From Octopus sinensis (taxonomy: Eukaryota), in contig NC_042998.1 of NCBI RefSeq assembly GCF_006345805.1, forward strand, positions 104,470,001 to 104,534,000: a stretch of 64,000 nt of DNA, read 5' to 3'. Numbering within the stretch: position 1 is the stretch's first letter; the number at the start of each line of letters is the position of its first letter. The notes below the pieces were generated by a model. That model was not told the origin of the DNA. It made no database searches and was given only the letters and a program-made list of their open reading frames with translations. Shown here in pieces: positions 1 to 13,480 of this stretch. The position numbers and the translations under genes were made by a program.

Positions 1-301
1 CCTCTTTGCAAACAAGCGCGTACGCACGCACACACACACACAGACAGACACACACGCACACACACACAGACAGACACACACGCACATACACACACACGCA
101 TTCACGCACACACACACATACACGTATACATAAATGTAAGTTTAATCCATAATTGAGTTCGACAAAATATAGCTTGTCGAGCAAACGGTTATAGATTAAA
201 TTTTTGACACTTCGGCCTCTAGCTTCTGAATTCTTCAAAATATTTCCAAGTGGTCAAATCAGATTTTATTTACACTAGACAAACAGCACTAAACATGAAA
301 G

Positions 302-304
<3 letters not shown>

Positions 305-369
<65 letters not shown>
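305..369. repeat. (AT)n microsatellite (one of many in the window)
   Basis: Pure AT dinucleotide run read directly. Confidence 0.95.
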
Positions 370-372
<3 letters not shown>

Positions 373-570
373 TAGTAAGTACGTGCATACATGCATACAT
401 ACATATATACATACAAGCATAAATACGTACATGCATAAAAACATGCATACACGCTCATATATACTTGTGTGTGTGTATGGTTATATATGTATATTATATA
501 TATATATATATAAGTATCCATATATTTATATGTATATATATATATCTGTATATAGATAGATAGATAGATA

Positions 571-620
<50 letters not shown>

Positions 621-671
621 ATATACATATAAATATATATACGCATGTGTGTCTATTAATGTTGTTGTTAA

Positions 672-892
672 GGCTGCTAGCTGGCAGAATCGTAAGCACG
701 CTGGGCGAAATGCTTAGCGGTGCTTCACCCATCGCTACGTTCCGGGTTCAAATTCCGCCGAGGTTGATTTTCCCTTTCATCCTTTTGGGGGTCGATAAAT
801 TAAATACCCGTCAAGTACTGGGGTCGATGTGATTGACTATTCCGCCTTCCTTCAAATTCCCGGCCTTGTGCTTATGGTAGTAAGGATCATTA
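672..892 (+). mobile_element. tRNA-derived SINE, family B (diverged copy)
   Basis: A-box-like CTGGCAGAAT, B-box-like GGGTTCAAATTCC and central CTTTCATCCTTTTGGGGGTCGATAAA block, shared with the copies at 27461 and 32890. Confidence 0.85.
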
Positions 893-1219
893 TGGTTGTT
901 TTTATTGCTTAAAACAGTTTGATTCGGCCCCATGCTACTTAAAGTTTCACAGGCTCGATACAGGAACCTAGCCTGTGTCTGAGCATGTGTGCGAGCGCGT
1001 GTAGTCGCAGAAAACACAGGGGACAAATTAATGATACCAGTAATGTGTTTTCTGCATTTCCTTTCATTATTTCAGCACGATACTGATCTTCTTCTGCCTA
1101 GATATATGCTGTTTTCACATACTTAATTGTGCAATATAGGAATATAAGAGAGTAACTTGGTTTAGGTATTGAACCTTAATCAAAATGTAACATACCGTGC
1201 TTCATAGTACATCCTAAAG

Positions 1220-1250
<31 letters not shown>

Positions 1251-1459
1251 TATATGTGTGTGTGTGTGCGTGTGCATGTGTGTGTGAGAGATAGGGGAGA
1301 GAAACAGATGGAGGAGAAAAAGAAAGAGTAAGAGAGAATGTATTTCGAAAGTTCGCTTCGGAAACACGTTGCTCAGCATTTGTTCTCATTTGACGCTTTG
1401 ACCGAATACATACAAACAAGCATACGTATATACATGCATCCATATATATATATATCGAA

Positions 1460-1866
1460 GTGCAGGCGTGGCTGTGTGGTAAGAAGCTTGCTTCCCAGAC
1501 ACAAGGTTTCGTGTTCAGTCCCATTGCCTGACACATTAGGCAAGTGTCTCTTACTATGTCCTCGGACCGGTCACAGTGGATTCGATAGACGTAAACTGAA
1601 AGAAGCCCATCGTATATATATATATATATATTTATGTATTTATGTGTGTGCATTTATTTTGTGTTTGTGTTTGTCTCCTCACCATCGCTTGACAACCGAT
1701 GTTTGTGAGTTTACTTCCCCGTAACTAAGCGGTTTGGCAAGAGACCGATGGTATAAGTATTGGGCTTACAAAGAATAAGTCCTGGGGTCGATTTCTTCAA
1801 TTCAAATCCTTTAGGCGGTGTTCCAGCATGGCCGCATTCAAATGGCTGAAACAAGTAAAAGAATAA
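1460..1866 (+). mobile_element. tRNA-derived SINE, family A (CORE-like motif)
   Basis: GGCTGTGTGGTAAG head, GGCAAGTGTC CORE-like block, internal (TA)/(TG) tract and GAAACAAGTAAAAGA tail, shared with about 14 other copies. Confidence 0.9.
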
Positions 1867-1867
1867 T

Positions 1868-2008
1868 GCATGCATACATAATACATACATACACACACAT
1901 GCATGCATACATACATACATACATACATACATACATACATACATGCATGCATACATACATACATACATACATACATACATACATACATACATACATACAT
2001 ACATACAT
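1868..2008. repeat. (ACAT)n microsatellite abutting the 5' end of an R4-like LINE
   Basis: Read directly. Confidence 0.95.
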
Positions 2009-3556
2009 GAATCTAAAAATGAACGTCTTGACAATACAACCTTTACAGTCAGATGATAATTATTAGTCATGGACAAGATAAGAATGTCAGATATGATGGA
2101 CCCACAAATAAGAAGACCAGAAATGAACAACTCTAGAGAGAATATTGTTATCAAAACTCTCAGCTTACAACAAGCATATTGCCCACAACAACTTTGCAGC
2201 GCCTGTCCTCACATCTACCTTTGGCCTTCTGTACCAGTCACTTCAAGAACTCATTGAGCAGTTCAGTATTACATGGAATTCGCAAGCAGCTCAGTGTTGG
2301 AAGAAACTTCAACATAAATGGAGATGTAGAGAGGCTATACTCCCCCGTAAGGATGGTGGTCGTGGTCTCAAATCTGTATGGATGTCATACGAAGCGTGTA
2401 TTGTGAAACTGAAACAACATCCGCAGCCGAGGAAAGAGACCTGAGACCATGAAACCCATAAAATAATTAGGATGGCTAATAAATTTGAGGATAGATATAA
2501 AATAAGAGCTGATATGGTTCTCTCCTAAAGGAACATAGGTAAAATCTATTTATCAGAACGACAGAGAAAAAAAAATGGACCAGTTAATCGAGAAGATAGT
2601 ACAAAGGCACAGGAGTGGCTGTGTGGTAAGTAGCTTGCTTACCAACCACATGGTTCCGGGTTCAGTCCCATTGCGTGGTACCCTGCGCAAGTGTCTTCTA
2701 CTAGAGCCTCGGGCCGACCAAAGCCTTGTGAGTGGATTTGGTAGACAGAAACTGAAAGAAGCCCGTCGTATATATGTATATATATATGTGCGTGTGTTTG
2801 TGTGTCCGTGTTTGTCACCCCAGCATCGCTTGACAACCGATGCTGGTGTGTTTACGTCCCCGTAACATAGCGGTACGGCAAAAAAAGACCGATAGAATAA
2901 GTAATAGGCTTACAAAGAATAAGTCCTGGGGTCGATTTGCTCGACTAATGGCGGTGCTCCGCCAGTCAAATGACTGAAACAAGTAAAAGAGTAAAAGAGT
3001 GTACTTGGTGTGTAAAACACAAATCATAGAAAGGCTTGATCATCTCAAAAGTTTGGCATAGAGTACCGACACGTTTATGACATTCTACTTCGAAGGCTAC
3101 ATCCATGCAATTCAAGAACAAGCGATTCTCACCAAGTAACTACAACATAAAAGGCAGAAAACGTTAACAGACAACAAATGTTAGGCTGTGCAAGACTAAG
3201 CCTGACGGCATCAACCACATTATTGCCAACTGTGTGAGAATGTCTTTCGGATATTATCTTCTCGTACGGCATGATGCAGTGGCCAGAACAGTCAGGAACA
3301 GGGTATAAAAAAAATATGAAAACAGCTACAAAGTAGGCCATATTGAAACTGATGGGTCAAAAAAATATTGGTGAAGCTTAAGAATTGAAACAGCCATGAA
3401 GTTAAAATATTGTATGGGATCACAAGGAAAAGATATACAGTAATAATACCTCCCTTTACGAGTACCAGCTTTACGAGTTACCGGATTTGCGAGGTTTACT
3501 TTCCAAGCACAAGATCCAAGTTTTGAACGAAGTATGTATGTACATACTTATGTATG

Positions 3557-3588
<32 letters not shown>

Positions 3589-4471
3589 TGTATGTATGTA
3601 TGTATGTATGTATGTATGTATGTATGTATGTATGTATGAATGAATGTATGTGTACAGTCCTCCATAATAAATGCTTCTGCGTGTCACCGAGAAATTTATA
3701 GAGAGCGAAAAAAAGCTTCTTCTAAGCAAACAACTCTAGACTGTCTTTATAAAAAGTAATCTACAAGTCCGTCTACGAGTGCTTCTGAATTGGCGATCGC
3801 GTCTACAAGTTATAGTGTATGCGAGTCTAGTGCGAGTGAAAATGATTCAGAAAACGATTATGATAATAATATTTTTTTTATTATAAATGATCTTGACATT
3901 CTTTTTACATTACATAAAATATTCTTTACATTCTACTGTTCTTCTATCGCCATTTATTTACTAATATCATAAATTTTATGAGCAAAATATTTCTCTGGGA
4001 ACGAATTACGATTTATATCATTGCTATAATGGGAAATTATTGCTCTACTTTACGAGCACAAATTAACTCATATATCGGAGCATTACTGTATTCTGTTATG
4101 GAAATCATCTGTACTCTGGATACCAAAGTGGCTCGAAAAATACAAGGAAAAGAGGACATCTATAGATCATTGATAAGGAGCCTACAAATCCAGTACCCAA
4201 TATACACTTTCAGCTTCATACCTATCATTATTATTGGAGCAACCCGTCTGTAGTAAAGTATGGCTGAATTTATGTTCTTGAGGAGAGAACGCAAATCCTT
4301 AATTCATATGTTACAAATGATCACAGTATTTGGGACTATAAAAATATGCAAGACATTCTTAAATTTTAAAGGATGGTGATGGTTAAAACAAGATGTTATC
4401 CTTTACAACCTTGCTACCAAGGAGGTGGCTGGTTAAAATTTACTCTAAATTGAAACGGAAAGGGGAAAGGC
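2009..4471 (+). pseudogene. Decayed, 5'-truncated R4/Dong-clade non-LTR retrotransposon, interrupted by a SINE (2606-2999) and an insert at about 3444-4095
   Basis: Frameshifted translation gives AYNKHIAHNNFAAPVL..., NINGDVERLYSPRKDGGRGLKSV, FEGYIHAIQEQ, the knuckle C-LCK...NHIIANC and the RLE end LQIQYPIYTFSFIPIIIIGA...GTIKICKTFLNF*. Confidence 0.75.
2606..2999 (+). mobile_element. SINE family A inserted within the R4-like LINE
   Basis: Near-consensus full-length copy; LINE homology lies on both sides. Confidence 0.92.
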
Positions 4472-4492
4472 AACATACATACATCGTATTTA

Positions 4493-4981
4493 CGTATGTG
4501 TATGTACGCACGTACGTACTACGTACGTATGTATGTGTGTATGTATATATGTATGTATGTATGTGTGTATGTATGTATGTATGTATGTATGTATGTATGT
4601 ATGTATGCACGCATGTATATATGTACGTATGTATGTATGTATGCCCGCATGTATGTACGTATGTATGTATGTATGTATATATTTATGTATGTATGTATGT
4701 ATGTATGTATTTATGTATGTATGTATGTATTTATGTATGCATACATGTATATATGTAGTATGTATGTATGTATGTATGTATGTATATATGCATGTATGTA
4801 TGTATGAATGTATGTAGGTAGGTAGGCAGGCAGGTAGGTAGGTAGGTAGGTAGGTAGGTAGGTAGGTAAGTAGGTAGGTAGGTAGGTAGGTAGGTAGGTA
4901 GGTATGTAGGTAAGTTGGTAGGTTGGTAGGTAGGTAGGTAGGTAGGTAGGTAGGTAGGTAGGTAGGGTAGGTTAGGTAGGT
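4493..4981. repeat. Compound (TATG)n then (TAGG)n microsatellite
   Basis: Read directly. Confidence 0.95.
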
Positions 4982-7277
4982 ATGCATATATACAGTCCTC
5001 CAATGCAGTTTTTTGTCTAATTTTTTTGTAATGGAGATTATTAGCTGGAAGAGAGAGGGGGAGAATAGACAGAGAGAGGGGAGTAAACAAAGAAAAAAGA
5101 AAGAAGGAAAGAAAGGAAGAAAGTAGGAAATTAAGACAGACAGACAGACAGATCAACAAAGACAGTGATAGAATGTTAAATCAACTGGCAAACGGGAAAC
5201 AAACAGTCATAAAAACAGAAAGACTGTTAGACAGATGGACATAGAAAGTGAATCATGAAAGTGAATCATGAAAGACTGCATTTGGGTATATTAAATCTAA
5301 AGTTGAATATAAAGAATGTTAGGATAAAAAAATATAGGATTAGAATGTTGAAACGATAAAGAAAAAAGAAAAGATTATCAGAAAGTACATGATGTCTGTG
5401 TCTTGGTATCATATCTATGTCTACAATGACGTTTGAGATATGCAAATGTATTCTAAGAATACATCTTTAGACGAGATAATAAATATATTAATTGTTCGCT
5501 TACTAGAGTTTTATGATAACGAAATTCTCTTTGAGTGTGAAATAACTACATCAATTTGACTAAATCAACGTGACTAAAATATCTTGCAATTCCATACACG
5601 TTTCAAAAGCTACATACACAATATAAGGTAAATTACACTTCCTAGTTCCAGAACGGTTCAATTTTGGTGCAGCAGTAGCAGTGGCAGCAAAACTGCAGCG
5701 ACAGCAGCAGCAGCAGCAGCAGCAGCTGTAGTGTGGTATCATGGAGTCTATGTAAATCACGATATTTTGTTATTGCTGTTGTTGTGTTGTCTCAGTTCTT
5801 TAACCTCAGTTTAACTGATCGATCAGGCATATGATGAGACATGTCATGTGACCATTCCGCTCCTGACAGTTTCATCTTGTTAATGGATATCTAGGCCAAC
5901 ATTCACCAACGTGTATTTTTATTTCGGCATGAGTAATTTCATTGAGACTTAACTGCTTTTTCTAACAGGTCGAAAAACCACGTAAACGTCTTCAGTGAAA
6001 CAGACACTATGCTCAAAACAATGCAACATAACCTCCGTGCTCCGAAATGGTCACCTTGTCTGTTGAGTATTTGTTACTTCATTGGATAACCTTTTTAATC
6101 ATTTAGTGTGACATTATGACTAAGATTGTTAATGGCAATAGCCTTGCACAACCGGAAAGAAATGATTGCACCAGGTATTTCTTTTTAAAGCCTTTCCATT
6201 TAACTTGATCTTCGAAAATGTCCATGTGTTATACAAGCGGACGCGAGAAACAGTATCAAAAACGAATAGATCCAGCCACCCATCCATCCATCCATCTATC
6301 CATCCATCCATCCATCCATTCATACATACATACATACATACATACATACATACATACATACATACATACATACAATATTGGATTTTATGAAGTAATTTAT
6401 TCTAAATAAGACAGTATATCTTGTATTACTTTTAAAAAATATATCTTTTATTATTAAAACGTTTAAAGTCAACAAATGCTTCGCTATCGACATATTGACA
6501 TTTCGTCATATCTGGATCCGATCTGCTTCGGTACCTTATTTCAGACTGCTTGTTTGCCAGTTAATGTTTGAGAAAGATGTTTGACGAAAACGAGGCGCTA
6601 CGTAATTTTGTCCCTTAGTTTCATCCACCTTTTAAACAATGATATTTCAAATGGTACCACAAGTAACTATGTATGATGAAAACTTTATATCTATTATTGA
6701 AATTGTGAATATCTTTTTACACATATTGCAACAAACTGACTGCTTTGGATGGATCACATTTAGCTAATCGAACAAAGCAGCAACACAGGTGGGAAAGAAA
6801 TTTAGATACAACATGGATTTTGTCAGTTTTGTTTTGTTTCCCAATATTTTCGTAATAAATCACATTAAATTACTAAGATCACAAAATATTACAGATTACA
6901 TCGATACAGCGGAAACTTCATTTATTGATTATCTATACAATGAAATTATTAAACTGTTAAAAGGGCCACATGGACAAGTCAAGTGCATAATATATCGTAG
7001 CAATAGCCTTTAACCCATAAAATCCTTGCTACTACGAGTTCAACGATCACATCGAAGATCTACACTTATTTATTAAACCTCTGTTTAGTATCCCAAAAGA
7101 CCACGGTTGTTCACATGTAATCCAGACATGCACTAAAAGCCCACACATACAATAACAGCGGTCACATAAATAACTCTACTCACTTTAAATGAGTGAGTCT
7201 CATGTTGAGGCGGAGCAATATTTCGATGGCGTGTGGAACTTCAGAATCTGATGTATGTATCTATAACATATACGTAC

Positions 7278-7368
<91 letters not shown>

Positions 7369-7503
7369 CATATATATATATATATATATACATACACAAA
7401 GAAAGTTTTAATTAAACTCTATTGCAAGTTTTAGTCACGTTACTTTGATGTGTATGTGTGTGTAGGCGTATATGTATGTTTCTATCACTGCGAGTCATCA
7501 AAA

Positions 7504-7848
7504 GTTCAGTCCCACTGCGTGCCACCTTGGGCAAGTGTCTTCTGCTATAGCCTCGGGTCCGACGAAAGCCTTGTGAGTGGATTTGGTAGAGGAAAACTGA
7601 AAGAAGCACAACGTATATATATATAAGTATTGTGCGTCTGTGTCTGTCCCTTCCCCCAACATTGCTTGACAACCGATGCTGGTGATTTTACTTCCCCGTA
7701 ATGTAGCGGTTCGGCAAAAAAGCCCGATAGAATAAGTACTAGGTTTACAAAGAATATGTCCTGGGGTCGATTTGCTCGAATAAAGGCGGTGCTCCAGGAT
7801 AGCCACAGTCCAATAACTTGACTGAAACAAATAAAAGTATAAAAGAAT
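7504..7848 (+). mobile_element. SINE family A, 5' head missing
   Basis: Similarity starts at GTTCAGTCCCACTGCG and runs to the tail. Confidence 0.88.
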
Positions 7849-8199
7849 ATATATGCTCTCTGCACGTTTTCTGTTCATAATAGGCAATTGGGCGCGGGAT
7901 AGAAAGGTTTTAGAAATTTGGCTCTAAATACTAGGCATCACCAGACAGTACATAATTACTCCAACTCCTGGTTTCTGATCGATTCCATCATCCACCGTTT
8001 AATGTAGACATCACAAAAATATTTAGATATTTTATAGCAGACTGTAGAATTGACGAAAACGTAAAATGCCAAATTAGAACAGTGCACTGTATAAGGTATA
8101 ACACTTGTAGGAGAGCACAATGTTGCACTCAGCCAGGTATATGGTATATGACAGCGCCGGATCGGTGCTTCATATTAACTTGTTCGAATGTGTACTTAC

Positions 8200-8378
8200 T
8201 TGCGATAGGTTTGCTCTGCTACTGTTGATCTGGGGTTAAATAACAAAAAGCAGCAAGTACAAGAATATGACCAACAGTAGTAGCAGTAGTAGACAACAAC
8301 AGCAGCAGCAATAATTACCATAAAGACATTAAATTCTAAACTGGTTGCTCTAGTTTTATTGGTACTGTTGTTTATCTC
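8200..8378 (-). CDS. Candidate exon of an unidentified host gene (alternatively only the 30-nt microexon 8200-8229)
   Basis: Acceptor TTTTCTTGTGCAG, open frame EINNSTNKTRATSLEFNVFM...RSTVAEQTYR and a perfect GTAAGT donor at 8199-8194. The middle is microsatellite-like. Confidence 0.22.
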
Positions 8379-8772
8379 CTGCACAAGAAAACCTTGGACC
8401 GAAGATCTTCCGTCCGCGACCATCTCATGTTTTTAAGGTCATACAAAATCATTTTATTTAATATTTCTTTCCTAGAGATCTCTGGTGAGAAGAAGCATAT
8501 TCAGTGACAGCATACAGTCCCCAAGGAGATAGACACGGCAGCTGAAACAAGCTCAACATGGCTATGGTTGTTAGGAAACCGCAAATGCAAGTTTTCCGCA
8601 GTCGAAAATTAGTTCAGTCATTGCTGCACCACTCAGGCAAAGCATGCAGGGACATCATTAATACATGTTTAATTCTCCTCTCAAACAGTAGTTGATCCAC
8701 TACCTTAAATCTAATTCTGCAGCGAGTTAATACCAAATATCATAGAAGATAGGACAGACATGGCTAAAACCG

Positions 8773-9048
8773 GGGGTGCATGGCTGTGTAAAGAAGCTCA
8801 CTTTGCAGCCACGTGGTTTCGGGTTCAGTTCCACTGAGTTTAGTCTTCTAAAAGTGTCTTCTGAGTGAATTTAGTAGACTGGAAGCCCGTTATATAATAT
8901 ATATATATATTGCTTCCCAACCACATGCTTCCGTCTTCAGTCCCACTGCGTAGCACCTTAGGCAAGTGTCATCTACTATAGCCAAAACCTTGTGTGTGAT
9001 TTGGTAGACGGAAACTGAAAGAAGCCCATCGTATATATATATATGTGT

Positions 9049-9079
<31 letters not shown>

Positions 9080-9535
9080 GTGTGTTTGTGTGTGGGCGCG
9101 CGTGAGTGTGTGTGTGTGTGTCACGCCATCACCATCTGACAACCGGTGTTGGTGTATTTACGACCCCGTAACTTAGGGGTTCGTGAGATCTTGTTAAATT
9201 ACTTGGTTTTGATGTAATTTTCGTCACCAACAGCTAAGAGTGCATCACCATTACATTGTTAAAAAATAATCTGATCAAAATTTGAAAAACCAAGAGTTTC
9301 GAAGAAATTTGTTGTAGTGCACCTGAGCACTGTACTGCAACACTTTCTTTCATATATATTCATGCTACCGTTTTTAACATCCGGTTCTGCAAAACAGACC
9401 GAAAGAATAAGCACCAAACTTTAAAATAATATATACTGGGATTGATTTATCTATTCATTTTTTTGGCGTAACCCTTTCATGTGGTGCTCCAGCATGGCTG
9501 CAGTCCAATGACTAAAACAAATAAAAGATAAAAAA
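8773..9535 (+). mobile_element. Composite SINE family A: two heads, with the tail separated by about 200 bp of other sequence
   Basis: Head at about 8773-8910, second head and body at 8911-9185, tail at 9385-9535. Confidence 0.7.
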
Positions 9536-9760
9536 AAAGAAGATATTATCAAGTCACGAGAGTTTAATCCTTAATATTTTGTTTCAAATCTTACAAAATA
9601 CAAAAAAAAAATATAGATAAATAAATAAATAAATAAATACATGAATATACCCTAACCCCCAGATCATTCTAAACCCTAACCATTCCCTCACTCATTCTCC
9701 CTATTTTTGATATTATCTAAGCTTGTCTGATTTTTCTGTTTTTCATATTTTAATAAAATC

Positions 9761-9920
9761 TCTTCTTCTTCTTCTTCTTTTCTTCTTCTTCTTCTTCTTC
9801 TTCTTCTTCTTCTTCTTCTTCATCTTCTTCTTCTTCACCACCACCACCATCCTCCTCCTCCTCCTCCTCCTCCTCCTCATCATCATCATCATCATCATCA
9901 TTATCATCATCATCATCATT
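9761..9920. repeat. Compound trinucleotide tract (CTT)n-(CAC)n-(CTC)n-(CAT)n
   Basis: Read directly. Confidence 0.95.
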
Positions 9921-10316
9921 CAGCGTGTTAACAACCTTTACAAATAGAAACCCATCGCCTCTGACATTTTACAACCTAAACCGACCCCCAAATCACCCTC
10001 TACCCCCATAACACAGCATCATCTACGCCTTCACCACCATCACCACTGACCCCCATCTCCCGTTGTGCTGCTGTCACCCACCACCCTGCCTATCAAAATT
10101 TCTTCGTGTCACTATGGAACGTCAATCACTTTTCCAGATCAATAGTCACGTCGGTTTACGGACCTTGTGAGGTATACGCTAAGAAAGGAAAGGCTGAAGG
10201 TAGATTATGATGATAATGATGATGATAACGGACAAAAGGTGGACTTGAAGGGTTAAGCAGGGCTAAAGTGATGGGACAGGTAAGTAGATTTATATGATTA
10301 GTAAGGAACAGCTCAC

Positions 10317-10435
10317 GTACAATACCTCAAACTTCACACCCCGTCCACTGTCTGTCCATAGAGGTATGTGACACCCTCTAAGCCAGTAGGGTGGCGTTAC
10401 GGTGGAGAATAGGAACCTTGTGATATAGATAGGAA
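10317..10435 (-). CDS. Candidate exon, unidentified protein
   Basis: Acceptor CCTATGTTGTAG, donor GTGAGC. The only open frame gives PIYITRFLFSTVTPPYWLRGCHIPLWTDSGRGVKFEVLY. Confidence 0.25.
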
Positions 10436-10487
10436 CTACAACATAGGTGATGGTGGTGATGATTCTGATGAAGATGAGGTTGACACT

Positions 10488-10518
<31 letters not shown>

Positions 10519-11721
10519 ATCATGATGATGATGTTGATGAGGATGATAGGGTTGGGGTTGGTCGATATTGCTCTGCTGGAGTGGTTTTAATGATTCAAAT
10601 AGAAAAGTAAAATATATAAATGAACAAACGACCGGCTAAATTTATGTGTTCGCGCGTACGCAAACATATAAGTGCACACGCACACATATACTGTACACGA
10701 GCCAAAGAGAACCCTCCTATTTAGCCGCTTGACCTGCTAAAAGTAGCAGCCAAATCTTCATCAAAATATATTCGTGATAGTCATGGATGGAACATTTATT
10801 TTTATTGTAGGTCTGTCTGGTCTGCTTGAGATATTAAAGTTTAACAATAACAATAACACACACACACACACACATATACGCGCATTATCTTTCCCTCTCT
10901 CTCACAAACACTACGTACACATTCACATGCAGAAACATACAGCACACACACACACACACACGCATATATGTGCATGTATATCTGTGTGTGCGCGCGCACG
11001 AGTTACCAGACTCATTGTTGAACAAATAAAAGAGCCTACAAGATGTCATTCGATCTGCTAATAACAAAGGGTAAAGAACCCCTTAGTTTAGCGAGTTTGA
11101 ATATGAGGAGATAAAAAAGTTCCAAGCTTTCAACAAAGAGTGCTAATACCATTTCTTTTTCACTGACGAAACCAATACGTATTCCACAGGTCAAAAAAAT
11201 GTTGTGTCCTTAAAAGACTACGATGTGATGTGTCCCTTTGATACTCAGTACTTGAAAGAATATGTTAATTTCTCAGTTGATTCGAGAAGGATAAAGTCGA
11301 TGAATTGATAAGTGAAATGAAGACACAAACGAACAAAAACAAACTATAATAAATAGATATTTATTACTAATGACTATATCGCTATAATTAGCTACATTAT
11401 CCTCCATAAAATTGATATGTATAACAATTATTTTCCAGGAGAAATCACTAAAGATTGCATAATTGAGTCCCCTGCAGCTAACAAAACCAGAAAAGTTCAG
11501 TATTGGAATTTAAACCTATCTTGTATTATCTGACAAATAGAAAATATTGCAAAAAAATTGTTGGAAACATTCGTTCATAGTTTTTTTTAAATACGATTCA
11601 AGATTTTGCATTCTTTTCAAAGGCACTTGATGAGAGCAGTGATGTCAGCGATACAGCAAAATAATAATCACTTTTAAATCGATGGTTGGGCTAGTGGCAA
11701 TGCAGCCACTGAATAGGAATG

Positions 11722-11805
11722 TAGATGATTTTGCCACCTGTGAATTCGCCACCGGAAATTTCGCTGGCAATTACGCCACCCGAAATTTTGCCACTGGTAA
11801 CTTTT
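11722..11805. repeat. Array of about 15-bp AATTYGCCACC motifs; probable orphan arm of a foldback/MITE-type element
   Basis: Motif iterated about five times; same design as the arms at 61808-62310. Confidence 0.5.
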
Positions 11806-12109
11806 GGTGTTTTCGGTCCCATAATTTCATCATAATAAGCATATTCTATACTTGGAACATACGACACACAAAGAGTAGTCATCACATCGAAGCAGTCTAG
11901 ACAACAAGTAGTGCGATATCATCGGCATATTTTTATTTGGAAAATATATCTCATAAGTACTAAACCATCATAGTTCTGACACATCTCATGATCAAAAAAT
12001 TAAAAAAAGAAGAAAAACGAGTAAACAACACATATTTTGTAGTTTTAAGCATTCAATATGGATTTAATGCGATAAGCAACACATTACAAATTCGCGATTT
12101 TCTTAACTG

Positions 12110-13136
12110 TTACTGGTGCTGTGATAGAATGTGACTTTTTAGTCCAGCTAAAGATCTACAATGTCTTGTACCGAATTGGCAACTAAAACCTTCACCGGTA
12201 ATAGCTGGCTGTAGTTGTAACTGGGCTTCATGCACCTTTGCATGTCGTTTAAGTCTTCCTGCCGAATTACACTCTCTTCCACATGCCCGACAGATATGAT
12301 TAGTATGGTGTGTTACACCACCACCAGTGGCCAGGTTGTCACTCATCTGTCTTGCTTTATGACTACGAAGATGACTCTTGAGTCCAGCTTTACTGAGGCA
12401 TGGTCTTGCACAGACACTCCATGTCAGCATCATAGGAAGACCCTTCCCATCTGGAAGTGTAACAGCGATGCCCTTCCTGACATCCCTCCTTACTTTCTCA
12501 TGTGCAACTCGAGATTTCTCAAAAGTGGCTGTCCCCTCGTGCACAATCCTTCTCCACCTGCTACGATCAATAGCTATGCCTTTCCATGTGTCAGGAGAGA
12601 TGCAAGCATCTCTTAAGCAAGCCTTCAGCAAGTCCTTATACCTCTTTTTTGGTTTATGTGGAGGTCGTTCTCCTTTAGCTAACTCTCCATAACAGAGTTG
12701 TTTTGGCATCCTTGAATCCTTCATCCTGACCAGATGACCACTCCATCTGAGCCTTTGCTTTACCACAAGAGCTTCTATACTTGCACACCGAGCGCCTTCC
12801 AATATTTCAAGATCACTGATGCGGTCCTTCCACTTAATGCCATAGATCCGTCTGAGACACGTCTGATGGAAACTTTCCAGTTGTTTAAGGTGGTATCACT
12901 GATGCGGTCCTTCCACTTAATGCCATAGATCCGTCTGAGACACGTCTGATGGAAACTTTCCAGGTGTTTAAGGTGGTATCACTGATGCGGTCCTTCCACT
13001 TAATGCCATAGATCCGTCTGAGACACGTCTGATGGAAACTTTCCAGTTGTTTAAGGTGGTATCGATATGTGACCCACATATCGAGTACACATACCTTGTA
13101 CACCTTTATCTTTGGCTTTTTGCATATGTTGACCAA
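12110..13136 (-). pseudogene. 5'-truncated RTE-clade LINE ORF C-terminus with three C2H2-like zinc fingers
   Basis: KIKVYKVCVL..WVTYRYHLKQLESFHQTCLRRIYGIKWKDR, then SIEALVVKQRLRWSGHLVRMKDSRMPKQLCYGEL...RYKD. These are followed by the CxxC-like...HxxxH fingers VCARPCLSKAGLKSHLRSH, CRACGRECNSAGRLKRHAKVH and CQFGTRHCRSLAGLKSHILSQH. Confidence 0.88.
12812..13060. repeat. Three tandem copies of an 83-bp unit inside the RTE fragment
   Basis: Units start at 12812, 12895 and 12978; one substitution in copy 2. Confidence 0.97.
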
Positions 13137-13291
13137 GAACGAGATGACTGGGTATTATCCATAGTATTAGTTGGTCACGCTTGGGAATCCAACTGAAAAG
13201 TGTAATGAGGACAGTTTCTGACAGGACACCCTGAAGGAAGTGCTGTCATGCCTCTCCAAGGAATCGTGGGCGAAGATGAATATATTTATAA

Positions 13292-13480
13292 ATCTTTTAT
13301 CTTTTATTTGTTTCAGTCATTAGACTGCGGCCATGCCGGGGCACCACTTTCAATTTTTAGTCGAATGAATCAACCTCAGTAGTTATTTTTGAAGCCTGCT
13401 ACTTGTTCTATCGCTTTCATTTTGCCGGATCGTTAGGTTACGGGGACGCAAATGCACCAACACTGGTTGTCAAGCGGTGG
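13292..13480 (-). mobile_element. SINE family A, 3' half, diverged
   Basis: Reverse complement of the family tail and body. Confidence 0.8.

Noticed and set aside
2575-2865. Recurrent ORFs like [31 protein letters not shown] and DGLLSVSVYQIHSQGFGRPE
   Set aside because: They are chance frames of SINE family A, repeated wherever the SINE occurs.
4490-4987. Long ORFs such as [22 protein letters not shown] and VCVCVC (here and throughout)
   Set aside because: They are translations of stop-free microsatellites, not genes.
5680-5730. Poly-Gln/Ala/Cys coding tract
   Set aside because: It is a short (CAG)n microsatellite without supporting exon structure.
9650-9690. Interstitial telomere (CCCTAA)
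   Set aside because: There are only two isolated degenerate units.
12812-13060. CRISPR-like array
   Set aside because: The 83-bp units are contiguous with no spacers and are LINE coding sequence; the context is eukaryotic.
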